The position numbers and the translations under genes are program-made. Of a DNA stretch of 64,000 bases, positions 35,948 through 46,471 are shown piece after piece. The notes beneath the pieces were generated by a model, which saw only the letters and a list, made by a program, of their open reading frames with translations, was not told the origin of the DNA and searched no databases. Position 1 is the stretch's first letter. Each line of letters begins with the position of its first letter. Source of the DNA: Bacteroidales bacterium UBA4070 (GTDB lineage Bacteria > Bacteroidota > Bacteroidia > Bacteroidales > VadinHA17); contig DFYY01000022.1 of assembly GCA_002383485.1 (NCBI GenBank), positions 91,575-155,574 of the forward strand, written 5' to 3'.

Positions 35948-38539
35948 ATGAACTTTGAAAATTTTACAATTAAAGCACAGGAATCTGTTCAGAAGGCTGT
36001 GACCATTGCTGCGGGCAAGGGTCACCAGGCCATTGAGTGCGGCCACCTGCTCAAGGGGATTATGACAGAGGCCGAGAACATTGTATCATATATAATGTCC
36101 AAGACCGGTGTTAATGCTGCGGTATTCGGGAAAGCGCTTGACGCGATTATTGACGGCTACCCGCGGGTCAGTGGCGGTGAACCCTATTTCTCACAGGAGT
36201 CCTCCGGAGTTTTCCGAAGGGCGGAAGAGTATGCTGCCAGGATGCAGGACCGGTTTGTCTCCGTGGAGCATATCCTGCTGGCATTGACTGACTCAGCCGC
36301 AAGTGTGTCGAAGCTGATGAAGGAGAACGGTCTCGATGCCGGTGCACTGAACGCAGCCATTGCCGATCTGCGAAAAGGGGCGAAGGTGAACAGCCAGACA
36401 TCGGAGGAGACCTATGACTCACTGAACAGGTACGCCATTGACCTGAACGAGCGTGCCAGGGCCGGTAAGCTCGACCCGGTCATCGGCCGTGATGAAGAGA
36501 TCAGGAGGGTACTCCAGATATTGTCACGCAGGACAAAGAACAACCCCATTCTCGTTGGTGAACCCGGAGTGGGTAAGACAGCCATTGCGGAAGGCATAGC
36601 ACACAGGATAGTGCGCGGTGACGTGCCGGAGGACCTGATGCAGAAGCGGATCTTTTCACTTGACATGGGAGCCCTTATTGCGGGAGCAAAATACAAAGGT
36701 GAGTTCGAGGAGCGGCTAAAATCCGTTGTCAATGAGGTCATTGCCTCTGACGGTGATGTGATACTGTTCATTGACGAGATACATACTCTTGTTGGCGCCG
36801 GCAAAGGCGAAGGAGCGATGGATGCCGCCAATATCCTCAAGCCTGCACTGGCTAAAGGAGAGCTTCGGGCTATCGGTGCCACGACGCTGAACGAATACCA
36901 GAAATATTTTGAGGCTGATAAAGCTCTTGAGCGCCGTTTCCAGGTAATTATCATAGACGAGCCTGACAGGGCTGATGCCATCTCCATCCTGCGGGGACTG
37001 AGGGAGAAATATGAGACACATCATAAGGTAATTATCAGGGATGAAGCTATTATCTCGGCTGTTGACCTGTCATACCGCTACATCACAGACAGGTTCTTGC
37101 CTGACAAGGCTATTGACCTCATTGACGAGGCTGCTGCCAGGCTCAGGCTGGAAATGAACTCTGTTCCGGAGGAGATAGATACGGCTGAGAGGCAGATCAG
37201 ACAGTTGGAGATTGAGCGTGAGGCAGTGCGCCGTGACGGTGACATGGTTAAGGAGCAGGAACTGTCGAAGGAGATAGCTGATCTTGCGGCCGGACGTGAT
37301 GACCTGAAGGCGCGATGGAGATCTGAGAAGGAGTTGGTGGAAGCGCTTCAGAAGAACAAGCGTGAGGCTGAGGAACTGAGGTTCGAAGCCGAACGGGCGG
37401 AGCGGGCAGGCGACTATGGCAAGGTTGCCGAAATCCGATATGGTAAGCTGGTAGAGAATGAACGGGAGGTGGAACGTCTGAGCAGGGAGATAGCCGGCAA
37501 GCGTGGCGCAGGATCAATGGTGCGTGATGACGTCCGCGCTGATGATATAGCGGAGATTGTCTCAAGGTGGACGGGCATACCCGTATCACGGATGCTTGAG
37601 AGCGAAAAGGAAAAGCTCCTCAGGCTGGAGGAAGAGCTGCATCGGAGGGTGGTAGGCCAGGATGAAGCCATCAGGGCCGTCTCTGATGCTGTCCGCCGGT
37701 CCAGGGCAGGACTACAGGATGAAAAGAGACCGGTAGGCTCATTCATCTTCCTGGGTACTACCGGTGTTGGAAAGACTGAGCTGGCCCGAGCACTGGCAGA
37801 ATACCTGTTCAATGATGAGAACCTCATGACCCGCATTGACATGACAGAGTACCAGGAGCGTCACAGTGTCTCAAGGCTCATCGGGGCTCCTCCCGGTTAT
37901 GTGGGGTATGACGAAGGCGGTCAGCTCACCGAAGCTATCAGGCACAAACCCTATTCAGTGGTCCTGCTTGACGAGATAGAAAAGGCTCACCCGGATGTAT
38001 TCAACATACTGCTCCAGGTGCTGGACGACGGCAGATTGACGGATAACAAGGGCAGAACTGTCAACTTCCGGAACGCCATAGTGATAATGACCTCCAACCT
38101 TGGCTCGTCGCTCATCCGTGAAAGCATAGCTGACAGCGACGGTGAGATGAGTGAGGAGAGGGCTGACAAACTACGTGATGAGCTGATACAGATGCTGCGC
38201 AGCACCCTCAGGCTTGAGTTTGTAAACCGGGTTGATGAGATAGTGATGTTCCGTCCTCTTACACGTGATCAGATCAGTGAGATCGTCAGGATGCAGTTCG
38301 GACGGCTATCCGTTATGCTTGAGGAGAAAGGCATCCGCAGCGAGATTACTGACAGGGCCGTTGCCTGGCTGGCAGACAGGGGTTTTGACCCTCTCTTTGG
38401 CGCAAGGCCTGTTAAACGACTGATACAGAAAGAGATAGTAAACGAACTGTCACGTGAGCTTATCGCTGGCACGATTGACAGGAACAAGAGTGTAAGGATT
38501 GATGCAGAGGCAGGCAGGCTTGTTTTTACGAATGCCTAG
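35948..38539 (+). CDS. clpB: ATP-dependent chaperone ClpB
   Basis: 863 aa with a Clp_N domain and two AAA+ modules (GEPGVGKTAI, GTTGVGKTELA) separated by a coiled-coil middle domain. Confidence 0.95.
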   Translation: MNFENFTIKAQESVQKAVTIAAGKGHQAIECGHLLKGIMTEAENIVSYIMSKTGVNAAVFGKALDAIIDGYPRVSGGEPYFSQESSGVFRRAEEYAARMQDRFVSVEHILLALTDSAASVSKLMKENGLDAGALNAAIADLRKGAKVNSQTSEETYDSLNRYAIDLNERARAGKLDPVIGRDEEIRRVLQILSRRTKNNPILVGEPGVGKTAIAEGIAHRIVRGDVPEDLMQKRIFSLDMGALIAGAKYKGEFEERLKSVVNEVIASDGDVILFIDEIHTLVGAGKGEGAMDAANILKPALAKGELRAIGATTLNEYQKYFEADKALERRFQVIIIDEPDRADAISILRGLREKYETHHKVIIRDEAIISAVDLSYRYITDRFLPDKAIDLIDEAAARLRLEMNSVPEEIDTAERQIRQLEIEREAVRRDGDMVKEQELSKEIADLAAGRDDLKARWRSEKELVEALQKNKREAEELRFEAERAERAGDYGKVAEIRYGKLVENEREVERLSREIAGKRGAGSMVRDDVRADDIAEIVSRWTGIPVSRMLESEKEKLLRLEEELHRRVVGQDEAIRAVSDAVRRSRAGLQDEKRPVGSFIFLGTTGVGKTELARALAEYLFNDENLMTRIDMTEYQERHSVSRLIGAPPGYVGYDEGGQLTEAIRHKPYSVVLLDEIEKAHPDVFNILLQVLDDGRLTDNKGRTVNFRNAIVIMTSNLGSSLIRESIADSDGEMSEERADKLRDELIQMLRSTLRLEFVNRVDEIVMFRPLTRDQISEIVRMQFGRLSVMLEEKGIRSEITDRAVAWLADRGFDPLFGARPVKRLIQKEIVNELSRELIAGTIDRNKSVRIDAEAGRLVFTNA

Positions 38540-38886
38540 TAGGGAGAGTTGAGGCGGAAGCTTTCGAGGCAGGTTGCCCTGTCAGGGTAGATGTCAAGTG
38601 ACTGATTCAGTTGCAGCAGGTCAAAGAGTTCACTCGCTCCGGGGGAGAGGGAGCAGAGCCTGTAGGTACAGTAGTTTGACCGTGCCACCCGGAGCAGGTG
38701 AAGGAACATGGCAAAAGCGGTGCTGTCAAGGTAGTTGACGCCGCTCATGTCAATCACCACCCTGGTGTATGGGGTTTCAAACATTTTCATGATGACAGGT
38801 CTGATCACGTCAACATTGAGAGCATTGATACGGTCTGTTCTGAAGCTGATTGCATCAACCCCGTCAACTCTGTCAGTTATAACCAT
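38536..38886 (-). CDS. STAS-domain protein
   Basis: 116 aa. The motif VVIDMSGVNYLDSTAFAMFL is SpoIIAA-like with a conserved Ser. It lies 6 bp downstream of the Hpt gene. Confidence 0.7.
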   Translation of the reverse strand: MVITDRVDGVDAISFRTDRINALNVDVIRPVIMKMFETPYTRVVIDMSGVNYLDSTAFAMFLHLLRVARSNYCTYRLCSLSPGASELFDLLQLNQSLDIYPDRATCLESFRLNSPY

Positions 38887-38892
38887 GCCGTC

Positions 38893-39246
38893 TCAGATAT
38901 TTTTTCCAAGGTAATCGTTCACTTCTTCCATTACCCTGGCTGAGTCAGCCTCGAAAACGGCAATGAAACCCTCATATCTCTCCTTCTGTTCACCGCCTTT
39001 TGCCAGCAATTCGAACTCCTTGAGCATCTTTGCCGTTTCGTCCATTCCCAGGACAGTAACGGACCCTTTCGCTTTGTGTGCAAGCAGTCCCAGCTCTGGA
39101 TATTTTTCCTCCTTAAGCAGGTTCTTCATACCTGTCAGAAACTCGGGAACCTGGTTGCCGAAAATTCCCGCAATTTCAGCCATAATTTCCCTGTCACCGC
39201 CTGAAATGCTCAGCAGGTATTCAGGTTTGAAAATCGTGTATTCCAT
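38893..39246 (-). CDS. Hpt (histidine phosphotransfer) domain protein
   Basis: 117 aa. The HxxKG motif is LAHKAKGSVTVLGM. Confidence 0.7.
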   Translation of the reverse strand: MEYTIFKPEYLLSISGGDREIMAEIAGIFGNQVPEFLTGMKNLLKEEKYPELGLLAHKAKGSVTVLGMDETAKMLKEFELLAKGGEQKERYEGFIAVFEADSARVMEEVNDYLGKNI

Positions 39247-39397
39247 CTCTCCGGGTCTGTTTCAGGATACAAATATAGGAATTATGAATTCATCGAAGCA
39301 TGAGAAATGTCTTGCCGGACATTTCAAAAATGATTTTAAGCAGGTTTTATTGATCTGAAAAAACCTACTTTTGTTTTATAACCAAAAGCTTAATGAA

Positions 39398-40507
39398 ATG
39401 AAAAACACTCCCTTTATCAAATTCCATGAGGCACTCAGAGCCAGGATATTGCCCTTTGCCGGTTACAATATGCCCATAGAGTACAGGGGGATCAACGAGG
39501 AGCATCTCACGGTTCGTTCAGGAGTGGGTGTTTTTGATGTTTCCCATATGGGTGAATTCTGGGTCAATGGTCCGCGTGCCCTTGATTTTCTGCAGCATAT
39601 AACCTCCAATGATGTTTCTGCACTGACTGACGGGAAGGTGCAGTACACCTGTTTTCCAAATGGCAGGGGCGGCATTGTTGATGATCTGCTTGTATACCGT
39701 TTCAGTGCCGAAAAGTATCTTCTTGTGGTGAATGCAGCCAATATAGAGAAGGACTGGGAGTGGTGCGTGAAGCATGCAGCCGCTTTCGGCATCACCGCAG
39801 GTCCGGGTAAGGATATGAACAACGCATCTGACGCAACGGCACAGCTGGCAGTACAGGGTCCGCTTGCCCTCAGGGCGATGCAGAAACTGACTGCAGAACC
39901 CATTCTGGATATGGAGTACTACACATTCAAGGTACTGAAGTTTGCCGGAATTGATGACGTTATACTCTCCACCACGGGGTATACCGGTTCAGGCGGGTGT
40001 GAGATCTACGTCAGGAATGCCGATGCTCCACGCCTGTGGGAAAAGGTCTTCAGGGCAGGTGAGGAGTTTGGCATCAGGCCCATCGGTCTTGCTGCCAGGG
40101 ATACCCTCCGCCTGGAGATGGGATTCTGCCTGTACGGCAATGACATAAATGACACTACTTCCCCGATTGAAGCCGGGCTTGGATGGATCACCAAATTCGT
40201 TCCCGGAAAGGACTTTATAGACCGTGAACTGCTGATGAAGCAAAAGGAGGAGGGAACAGAGAGGCGGCTCAAAGGCTTCGTGATGGTTGACAAGGGAATT
40301 CCCCGTCAGCACTATGAGGTTGTTGATGCCGCGGGAAACCTTATCGGAGAGGTCACCTCAGGCACCATGTCGCCCTCACTCAAACAGGGTATAGGCATGG
40401 CTTACCTTAACAAAGGCTTCTGGAAGAGCGACACGGAAATTTTCATACGGGTCAGGGGCCGGGATCTCAGGGCAAAGGTGGCTGCAACACCGTTTTACAA
40501 ACAGTAA
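39398..40507 (+). CDS. gcvT: glycine cleavage system aminomethyltransferase GcvT
   Basis: The motif is [11 protein letters not shown] and the length and sequence are GcvT-typical. I prefer the ATG at 39398. Confidence 0.9.
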   Translation: MKNTPFIKFHEALRARILPFAGYNMPIEYRGINEEHLTVRSGVGVFDVSHMGEFWVNGPRALDFLQHITSNDVSALTDGKVQYTCFPNGRGGIVDDLLVYRFSAEKYLLVVNAANIEKDWEWCVKHAAAFGITAGPGKDMNNASDATAQLAVQGPLALRAMQKLTAEPILDMEYYTFKVLKFAGIDDVILSTTGYTGSGGCEIYVRNADAPRLWEKVFRAGEEFGIRPIGLAARDTLRLEMGFCLYGNDINDTTSPIEAGLGWITKFVPGKDFIDRELLMKQKEEGTERRLKGFVMVDKGIPRQHYEVVDAAGNLIGEVTSGTMSPSLKQGIGMAYLNKGFWKSDTEIFIRVRGRDLRAKVAATPFYKQ

Positions 40508-40534
40508 ATCCGACCAGACAGCTTATAGTCCGAC

Positions 40535-41251
40535 ATGACAGAGAAAAGCCTGGAAATATGCTTTACACCTGCTGCCTTTGACGCACACGCTGACAGCGGG
40601 GCCATTGTCGTGATTGTTGATGTGCTTCGTGCCACCAGTTCCATCTGTACCGCCTTCGCAAACGGTGTAAGGGAGATAATCCCGGTAACCACTGTGGAGG
40701 AAGCCAGGGAGATGAAATCGAAGGGATTCCTTGTGGCAGCCGAACGTGACGGATATGTGCTTGATTTTGCCGATTTCGGAAATTCGCCATTTAACTTCTC
40801 TGCGGAGAAGATAAAGGGGAGGAGCGTGGTCTACAGTACAACCAATGGTACGGGTATCATGAAGAGAGCCTCCGGCAGTCATGATGTGGTCATCGGGTCA
40901 TACCTGAACATCTCGGCTGTTTGCAGGTGGCTTGAAGAGCAGGACCGCAAGGTGATCATCGTCTGTGCCGGATGGAAGAACCGGTTCAGCCTCGAGGATG
41001 CCGTATGTGCAGGAGCTATGGCACTGAAACTGCTCGATGGGGGCAGGTTCACCACCATATGTGACTCAGTGCATGCCGCTACCGACCTGTGGAAGGCCGC
41101 CAGGGAAGATCTGGCCGGATACATTGACAAGACAGCTCAACGATCACGACTCAGAGCAAAGGGACTTGATGACTGTATCGGTTATTGTCATACATTTGAC
41201 ATGACGGATGCCATACCCGTGCTTCGGGAGGGAAAACTTGTCGCTCTCTGA
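40535..41251 (+). CDS. 2-phosphosulfolactate phosphatase (ComB) family protein
   Basis: 238 aa. The N-terminus is AIVVIVDVLRATSSICTAFANGV, with a GNSP segment. Confidence 0.7.
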   Translation: MTEKSLEICFTPAAFDAHADSGAIVVIVDVLRATSSICTAFANGVREIIPVTTVEEAREMKSKGFLVAAERDGYVLDFADFGNSPFNFSAEKIKGRSVVYSTTNGTGIMKRASGSHDVVIGSYLNISAVCRWLEEQDRKVIIVCAGWKNRFSLEDAVCAGAMALKLLDGGRFTTICDSVHAATDLWKAAREDLAGYIDKTAQRSRLRAKGLDDCIGYCHTFDMTDAIPVLREGKLVAL

Positions 41252-41328
41252 AAGGAGACATGGCAGTTACATCTCTCATCGTAACGGAAGAAGTAAAATA
41301 AATCTATTAAACGAAAAATTTACCGGAA

Positions 41329-42399
41329 ATGAAAAAACACAATTTCTACGCAGGACCCTCAATCATGCCTCAGTACACAAATGAGAAAGTGATTGAAGCA
41401 ATCAGGGATTTCGCAGGAACAGGACTTTCAATAATGGAGGTCTCACATCGCAGCAAGGAGTTTGAAGCAGTGATGGAAAGTGCGGTTAACCATATCAGGG
41501 AGTTGCTTGATGTTCCTGCCGGATACTCGGTTATTTTCCTCGGAGGAGGAGCAAGCCTTCAGTTTGCCATGATTCCGATGAACATGCTTGAAAAGAAGGC
41601 TGCATACATCAACACCGGAGAGTGGGCCGGCAAGGCACTCAAGGAAGCGAAGCTGTTTGGCGAGGTGATTGAGGTGGCTTCCTCAAAGGACCGCAACTTC
41701 AACTATATCCCGAAGAATTTCGATATTCCGTCAGACGTTGATTATTTCCACATCACGACGAACAACACCATTTTCGGTACCCAGTGGAAGAAGGATCCGG
41801 ATGTAAAGGTTCCGCTTGTGGCGGACATGTCGTCTGATATCTTCAGCCGCCCGGTTGATGTGTCAAAGTACTCGATCATCTACGGAGGTGCCCAGAAGAA
41901 CCTGGCACCGGCAGGTGTCACCTTCGTGATAGTGAAGGACTCGGCGCTCGGTAAAGTGACGCGGCCCATACCTACTATGCTCAATTACAAGACACACATT
42001 GATAAGGGGTCTATGTTCAACACCCCGCCGGTACTTCCGGTCTTTGCAGCCCTGAAGACCCTCGAGTGGCTTAAGCAGAAGGGCGGGCTGAAAGCGATGC
42101 AGAAAATCAATGAGGAGAAAGCAGCCCTGCTATACGGTGAGATTGAGCGTAACAAGCTCTTCCAGGCCACCGTTCCTGATCCGGAAGACAGGTCGGTTAT
42201 GAATGTATGCTTCGTTATGTCAGATAATTACAAAGAGCTCGAGAAGGAATTCGGCGATTTCGCCAAGTCTAAAGGCATGGTCGGCATCGCCGGGCACCGT
42301 TCAGTAGGAGGATTCCGTGCATCGCTCTACAATGCTCTTCCGATTGAGAGTGTGAGTGCTCTCGTTGAATGCATGAAGGAATTTGCAAACAAATACTAG
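41329..42399 (+). CDS. serC: phosphoserine aminotransferase
   Basis: The N-terminus is HNFYAGPS and the sequence is class V aminotransferase-like, with [10 protein letters not shown] containing the PLP lysine. Confidence 0.9.
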   Translation: MKKHNFYAGPSIMPQYTNEKVIEAIRDFAGTGLSIMEVSHRSKEFEAVMESAVNHIRELLDVPAGYSVIFLGGGASLQFAMIPMNMLEKKAAYINTGEWAGKALKEAKLFGEVIEVASSKDRNFNYIPKNFDIPSDVDYFHITTNNTIFGTQWKKDPDVKVPLVADMSSDIFSRPVDVSKYSIIYGGAQKNLAPAGVTFVIVKDSALGKVTRPIPTMLNYKTHIDKGSMFNTPPVLPVFAALKTLEWLKQKGGLKAMQKINEEKAALLYGEIERNKLFQATVPDPEDRSVMNVCFVMSDNYKELEKEFGDFAKSKGMVGIAGHRSVGGFRASLYNALPIESVSALVECMKEFANKY

Positions 42400-42411
42400 A
42401 AGGAGGTTGAT

Positions 42412-43338
42412 ATGAAGATACTTGTAGCCACAGACAAGCCGTTTGCTCCGGTAGCTGTCACCCGGATACGGGAGGTGGTTGAGAAGGCAGGGCATACACT
42501 TGCGCTTCTGGAGAAGTACAAGACGCCTCAGGAACTGCATGCAGCCGTTGCTGATGCTGATGCAATGATAGTACGGTCAGACATAGTGGATGCGGCAGTG
42601 ATTGCTGCAGCCCCGAAACTGAAGATAGTTGTCAGGGCAGGGGCCGGTTATGATAACCTGGATCTGAATGCATGCACCCAAGGTAATGTTGTTGCTATGA
42701 ACACCCCCGGTCAGAATTCCAATGCCGTTGCCGAACTGGCTTTTGGCATGATGGTCTATGCTGCCCGGGGTGGCTTCGACGGTAAGTCGGGTTCTGAGCT
42801 GATGGACAAGACCCTCGGCATACATGCCTTCGGCAACGTGGGCAGGTGCATGGCCCGTATTGCGACAGGCTTCGGAATGAAGATCTTCGCCTACGATCCG
42901 TTCGTTGACAGCAAGGCAATAGCCGCAGCTGGCGTCACTCCGGTAGATACAATTGAGGAGCTGTACTCGAAATGCCAGTACGTGTCATTGCATATTCCTG
43001 CAAATGAAAAGACAAAGGGTTCAATAGGTGAGAGGCTGCTGTCACTTATGCCGGAGGGAGCCGTGCTTGTCAACACCGCACGCAAGGAGGTTATCAATGA
43101 GGCTGAATTGGTGGCACTGATGGAAAAAAGAGGCGATCTGAAGTACCTGTCAGACATCGCTCCTGACAATGCTGAGCTTTTTACCCGGAAGTTTGCCGGC
43201 CGCTATTTCTTCACGCCGAAGAAGATGGGTGCCCAGACTGAGGAGGCTAACATCAATGCAGGTGTGGCTGCCGCCCGCCAGATAGTATCATTCTTTGCCA
43301 CAGGCGATGAAGCCTTCAGAGTGAACAAACCCAGATAG
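42412..43338 (+). CDS. serA: D-3-phosphoglycerate dehydrogenase-type 2-hydroxyacid dehydrogenase
   Basis: 308 aa. The NAD-binding segment is GIHAFGNVGRCMA. The position between serC and DUF1015 is the usual Bacteroidota arrangement. Confidence 0.75.
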   Translation: MKILVATDKPFAPVAVTRIREVVEKAGHTLALLEKYKTPQELHAAVADADAMIVRSDIVDAAVIAAAPKLKIVVRAGAGYDNLDLNACTQGNVVAMNTPGQNSNAVAELAFGMMVYAARGGFDGKSGSELMDKTLGIHAFGNVGRCMARIATGFGMKIFAYDPFVDSKAIAAAGVTPVDTIEELYSKCQYVSLHIPANEKTKGSIGERLLSLMPEGAVLVNTARKEVINEAELVALMEKRGDLKYLSDIAPDNAELFTRKFAGRYFFTPKKMGAQTEEANINAGVAAARQIVSFFATGDEAFRVNKPR

Positions 43339-43356
43339 AATAGATATACTTCAGAT

Positions 43357-44607
43357 ATGGCTGTTGTTAAACCTTTCCGGGGGCTGAGGCCCCCGGCCCA
43401 CCTGGCATCAGAGATAGCCTGCCTCCCGTATGACGTCATGAACTCTGCGGAGGCGGCCGTAATGGCCAGGGGCAATGAGAAATCACTCCTTCATATTACA
43501 AAATCCGAGATTGACTTGCCGGAGGGCACCGACGTGCACGCGGAAGAGGTCTATCGCAAGGCGGTTGAAAATTTTAATGAATGGCAGAAGCGTGGATGGC
43601 TTGTTGATGACCGACAGAACCATTTCTACATCTACGCGCAGACCATGGACGGCCGTACCCAGTACGGCATCGTCGGAGCGGCTGCCGTGGCTGACTATCT
43701 CTCCGGGGTAATCAAGAAACATGAGCTCACCCGCCCGGACAAGGAGGAAGACCGCATGGTGCATGTCAGGACTAACAATGCCAATATTGAACCTGTCTTC
43801 TTTGCATACCCGGCAGTGAAGGAGCTTGACAAGATCGTTGAGAGGATTGTGAAGAAGGAAAAGCCGGAGTATGATTTCGTTGCCAGCGACGGCATCGGTC
43901 ACCATTTCTGGGTCGTCTGGGATGAGAAGACCAACAGGGAGATAGAAAGACTGTTCGCTGAGAAGGTGCCCTTTATGTATGTTGCTGACGGTCATCACCG
44001 TACGGCAGCAGCGGCACTGGTGGGGAAGGAAAAAAAGGAAAAAAATCACTCTCACAGGGGTGATGAGGAGTATAACTTCTTTATGGCTGTGATCTTTCCC
44101 GATAACCAGCTTAAGATATTAGAGTACAACCGTGTGGTGAAGGATCTGAACGGTATGACACCGGTTCAGTTTCTTGACAGACTGCAGGAGTCCTTCGAGG
44201 TAAAGGAGAAGGGTACGCGAACCTACAGGCCACGGAAGCTGCATAATTTCGGGATGTATCTTGATGGCAAATGGTACAGTCTTACGGCCAGGAAAGGTAC
44301 TTACAATGATGAGGATCCTATTGGTGTACTAGATGTAACCATTCTCACGGACAGGGTATTGTTGCCCCTGCTTGACATTCAGGACCTGAGGCGGTCAAAG
44401 AGGATTGATTTCGTTGGTGGCATAAGGGGACTGGGTGAGCTTAAGAAGAGGGTTGACAGTGGTGAGATGAAGGTTGCGTTTGCACTTTATCCCGTCTCCA
44501 TGAAACAGCTGATTACAATTGCTGATACAGGCAATATCATGCCTCCCAAGACAACATGGTTTGAGCCAAAGCTAAGGAGCGGCCTGGTAATTCACAAGCT
44601 GGACTGA
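43357..44607 (+). CDS. DUF1015 family protein
   Basis: The N-terminus VKPFRGLRP...LPYDV and the internal ADGHHR motif are typical of DUF1015. Confidence 0.8.
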   Translation: MAVVKPFRGLRPPAHLASEIACLPYDVMNSAEAAVMARGNEKSLLHITKSEIDLPEGTDVHAEEVYRKAVENFNEWQKRGWLVDDRQNHFYIYAQTMDGRTQYGIVGAAAVADYLSGVIKKHELTRPDKEEDRMVHVRTNNANIEPVFFAYPAVKELDKIVERIVKKEKPEYDFVASDGIGHHFWVVWDEKTNREIERLFAEKVPFMYVADGHHRTAAAALVGKEKKEKNHSHRGDEEYNFFMAVIFPDNQLKILEYNRVVKDLNGMTPVQFLDRLQESFEVKEKGTRTYRPRKLHNFGMYLDGKWYSLTARKGTYNDEDPIGVLDVTILTDRVLLPLLDIQDLRRSKRIDFVGGIRGLGELKKRVDSGEMKVAFALYPVSMKQLITIADTGNIMPPKTTWFEPKLRSGLVIHKLD

Positions 44608-44625
44608 GCAAAAGCCGTCGCTGCA

Positions 44626-45306
44626 ATGAGCCGAATTGCCGAAAGCATAGGAAGACTGACTGAATCACTCCCGTCAGGTGTTACCGTTGTTGCTGTCACG
44701 AAGACGAGAACGCCGGAGGAGGCTCAGGAAGCTTACAATGCCGGCCTCCGTATTTTCGGAGAGAACAGGGTACAGGAGATGGTCTCGAAGAAGGCAAAGT
44801 TGCCGGCCGACATATCATGGCATCTGATTGGTCACCTGCAGTCAAACAAGGTTAAACAGGCTGTGTCTGCAGCTTCAATGATAGAATCAGTTGACACGCT
44901 CAGGCTGCTGCATATGATTGATGCTGAAGCCGTGGCACAGGGACGCAGCATCGATTGTCTTCTGCAGGTGCATATCGCTTCAGAGGAGACCAAGTCGGGG
45001 TTCTCCGTTGATGAAGCTGAAGAGACTGACTGGACGGCGGTCTCGCGGGCGCTGAAGGCGGCTCGCATCTGTGGGTTGATGGGTATGGCAACCTTCACTG
45101 ATGACAGGGAGAAGGTAAGGGCAGAATTCAGGCGCCTGCGTGAGCTCTTCAGCCGGATGAGGGATAGTCATTTCACCGGCAGCAGACAGTTCAGAGAGAT
45201 ATCAATGGGCATGTCAGGCGACTGGCAGGTGGCAATCGAGGAGGGAAGTACGATGATACGGGTAGGAACACTTATATTTGGGGAACGATTAAATAAAGCA
45301 AGATGA
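44626..45306 (+). CDS. yggS: YggS family pyridoxal-phosphate homeostasis protein
   Basis: 226 aa. The motif VAVTKT contains the PLP lysine; HLIGHLQSNKV is also present. Confidence 0.85.
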   Translation: MSRIAESIGRLTESLPSGVTVVAVTKTRTPEEAQEAYNAGLRIFGENRVQEMVSKKAKLPADISWHLIGHLQSNKVKQAVSAASMIESVDTLRLLHMIDAEAVAQGRSIDCLLQVHIASEETKSGFSVDEAEETDWTAVSRALKAARICGLMGMATFTDDREKVRAEFRRLRELFSRMRDSHFTGSRQFREISMGMSGDWQVAIEEGSTMIRVGTLIFGERLNKAR

Positions 45307-46280
45307 GCACACTCAGCACACGTTACATGGGGCTCGAACTCAAGAGTCCAATCATAGTTGGAAGTTCAAATTTCACATCCAGGATAGAATCGATCAAAGA
45401 GGCTGAAGCAGCCGGTGCCGGAGCCGTTGTCCTCAAGTCTCTTTTTGAGGAACAAATCGTTTCCATGGCTCACTCATTGTCTTCGAGGGAGTCTTATCCC
45501 GAGGCTGATGACTACCTGCTGTACTACACGCGGACCAACAGTGTTGATGCTTATCTTGACCTGGTGGCCGGGGCCCGGAAGAGTGTGAGCATTCCGGTAA
45601 TAGCCAGCATAAACTGTTTTTCACCGAAGGGATGGATTGATTTTGCCCTTGAGATTGAGAAGGCAGGCGCCAGTGCGCTGGAGGTGAACATCTTTTTCAT
45701 CCCCACAGACAAGCATCAGAACAGCAACGATTCGGAGAAGGTCTATTTCATGATCATTGACAACCTGAAGAAGCGGCTGAAGATACCCGTGAGTGTAAAG
45801 ATCGGTCTCCGGTTCTCGAATCTGCTCAATTTCGTATGGAGGATGTATAATCACGGTGCAGCCGGCATTGTGTTGTTCAACAGGTTTTACGAACCTGATT
45901 TTGATATCAACAATCTCAGCATTGTTCCGGCCTCCGTGCTTTCCAGTCCCGTGGAGCAGCGTTATGTGTTGCGATGGATTGGGATGATAAGCGGCCAGGA
46001 TATGAAGATTGACATCTCGGCTTCCACGGGGGTTCACACCGGGGAAGATGCCATCAAATATCTGCTTGCCGGCGCCACCACGGTACAGGTCTGCTCTGCG
46101 CTCTACAAGCGTGGTTTCACCGTGATCAGCGAGATCAATGATGCGTTGCACAAGTGGATGGAGATGAAGGAATTCCGCATTGTTGATGATTTCAGGGGTA
46201 TGCTGAACTACAGGAATGTGGAGAATCCTTCGCTCTTCGAGAGAGCCCAGTTCATGAAGCACTACAGCTCCTACATTTAG
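45303..46280 (+). CDS. dihydroorotate dehydrogenase-like protein (class 1 fold, function uncertain)
   Basis: 325 aa. The N-terminus is YMGLELKSPIIVGSS, TIM-barrel DHOD-like. The start overlaps the yggS stop. Confidence 0.65.
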   Translation: MSTLSTRYMGLELKSPIIVGSSNFTSRIESIKEAEAAGAGAVVLKSLFEEQIVSMAHSLSSRESYPEADDYLLYYTRTNSVDAYLDLVAGARKSVSIPVIASINCFSPKGWIDFALEIEKAGASALEVNIFFIPTDKHQNSNDSEKVYFMIIDNLKKRLKIPVSVKIGLRFSNLLNFVWRMYNHGAAGIVLFNRFYEPDFDINNLSIVPASVLSSPVEQRYVLRWIGMISGQDMKIDISASTGVHTGEDAIKYLLAGATTVQVCSALYKRGFTVISEINDALHKWMEMKEFRIVDDFRGMLNYRNVENPSLFERAQFMKHYSSYI

Positions 46281-46471
46281 CAGCCCCTTCCGTGCCATTG
46301 ATACTCACTTCGCGCTGCGCTTAAGAAAGCCATTCATTACTCTTTGCTGATCATTGCGGCATTTCTTCTCCGGAACAAATTCATCGTGAAATAATAACTT
46401 CACTGCAAATGCGTTTATAAAAATGTAAATTGGACTTATAAAGGCCTGTGAAATCAAAAACCAAAATTATT

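Noticed and set aside
38536-38539. Overlapping convergent stop codons of clpB and the STAS gene in the palindrome CTAG.
   Set aside because: - The overlap is real but is most likely a trivial consequence of compact gene packing.
- No hairpin or other signal is associated with it.
39247-39397. A glycine riboswitch upstream of gcvT. A 7-bp palindrome, AAATGTC-N6-GACATTT, lies at 39305-39324.
   Set aside because: - I could not find the conserved glycine-riboswitch core sequences.
- The palindrome alone is too weak to call.
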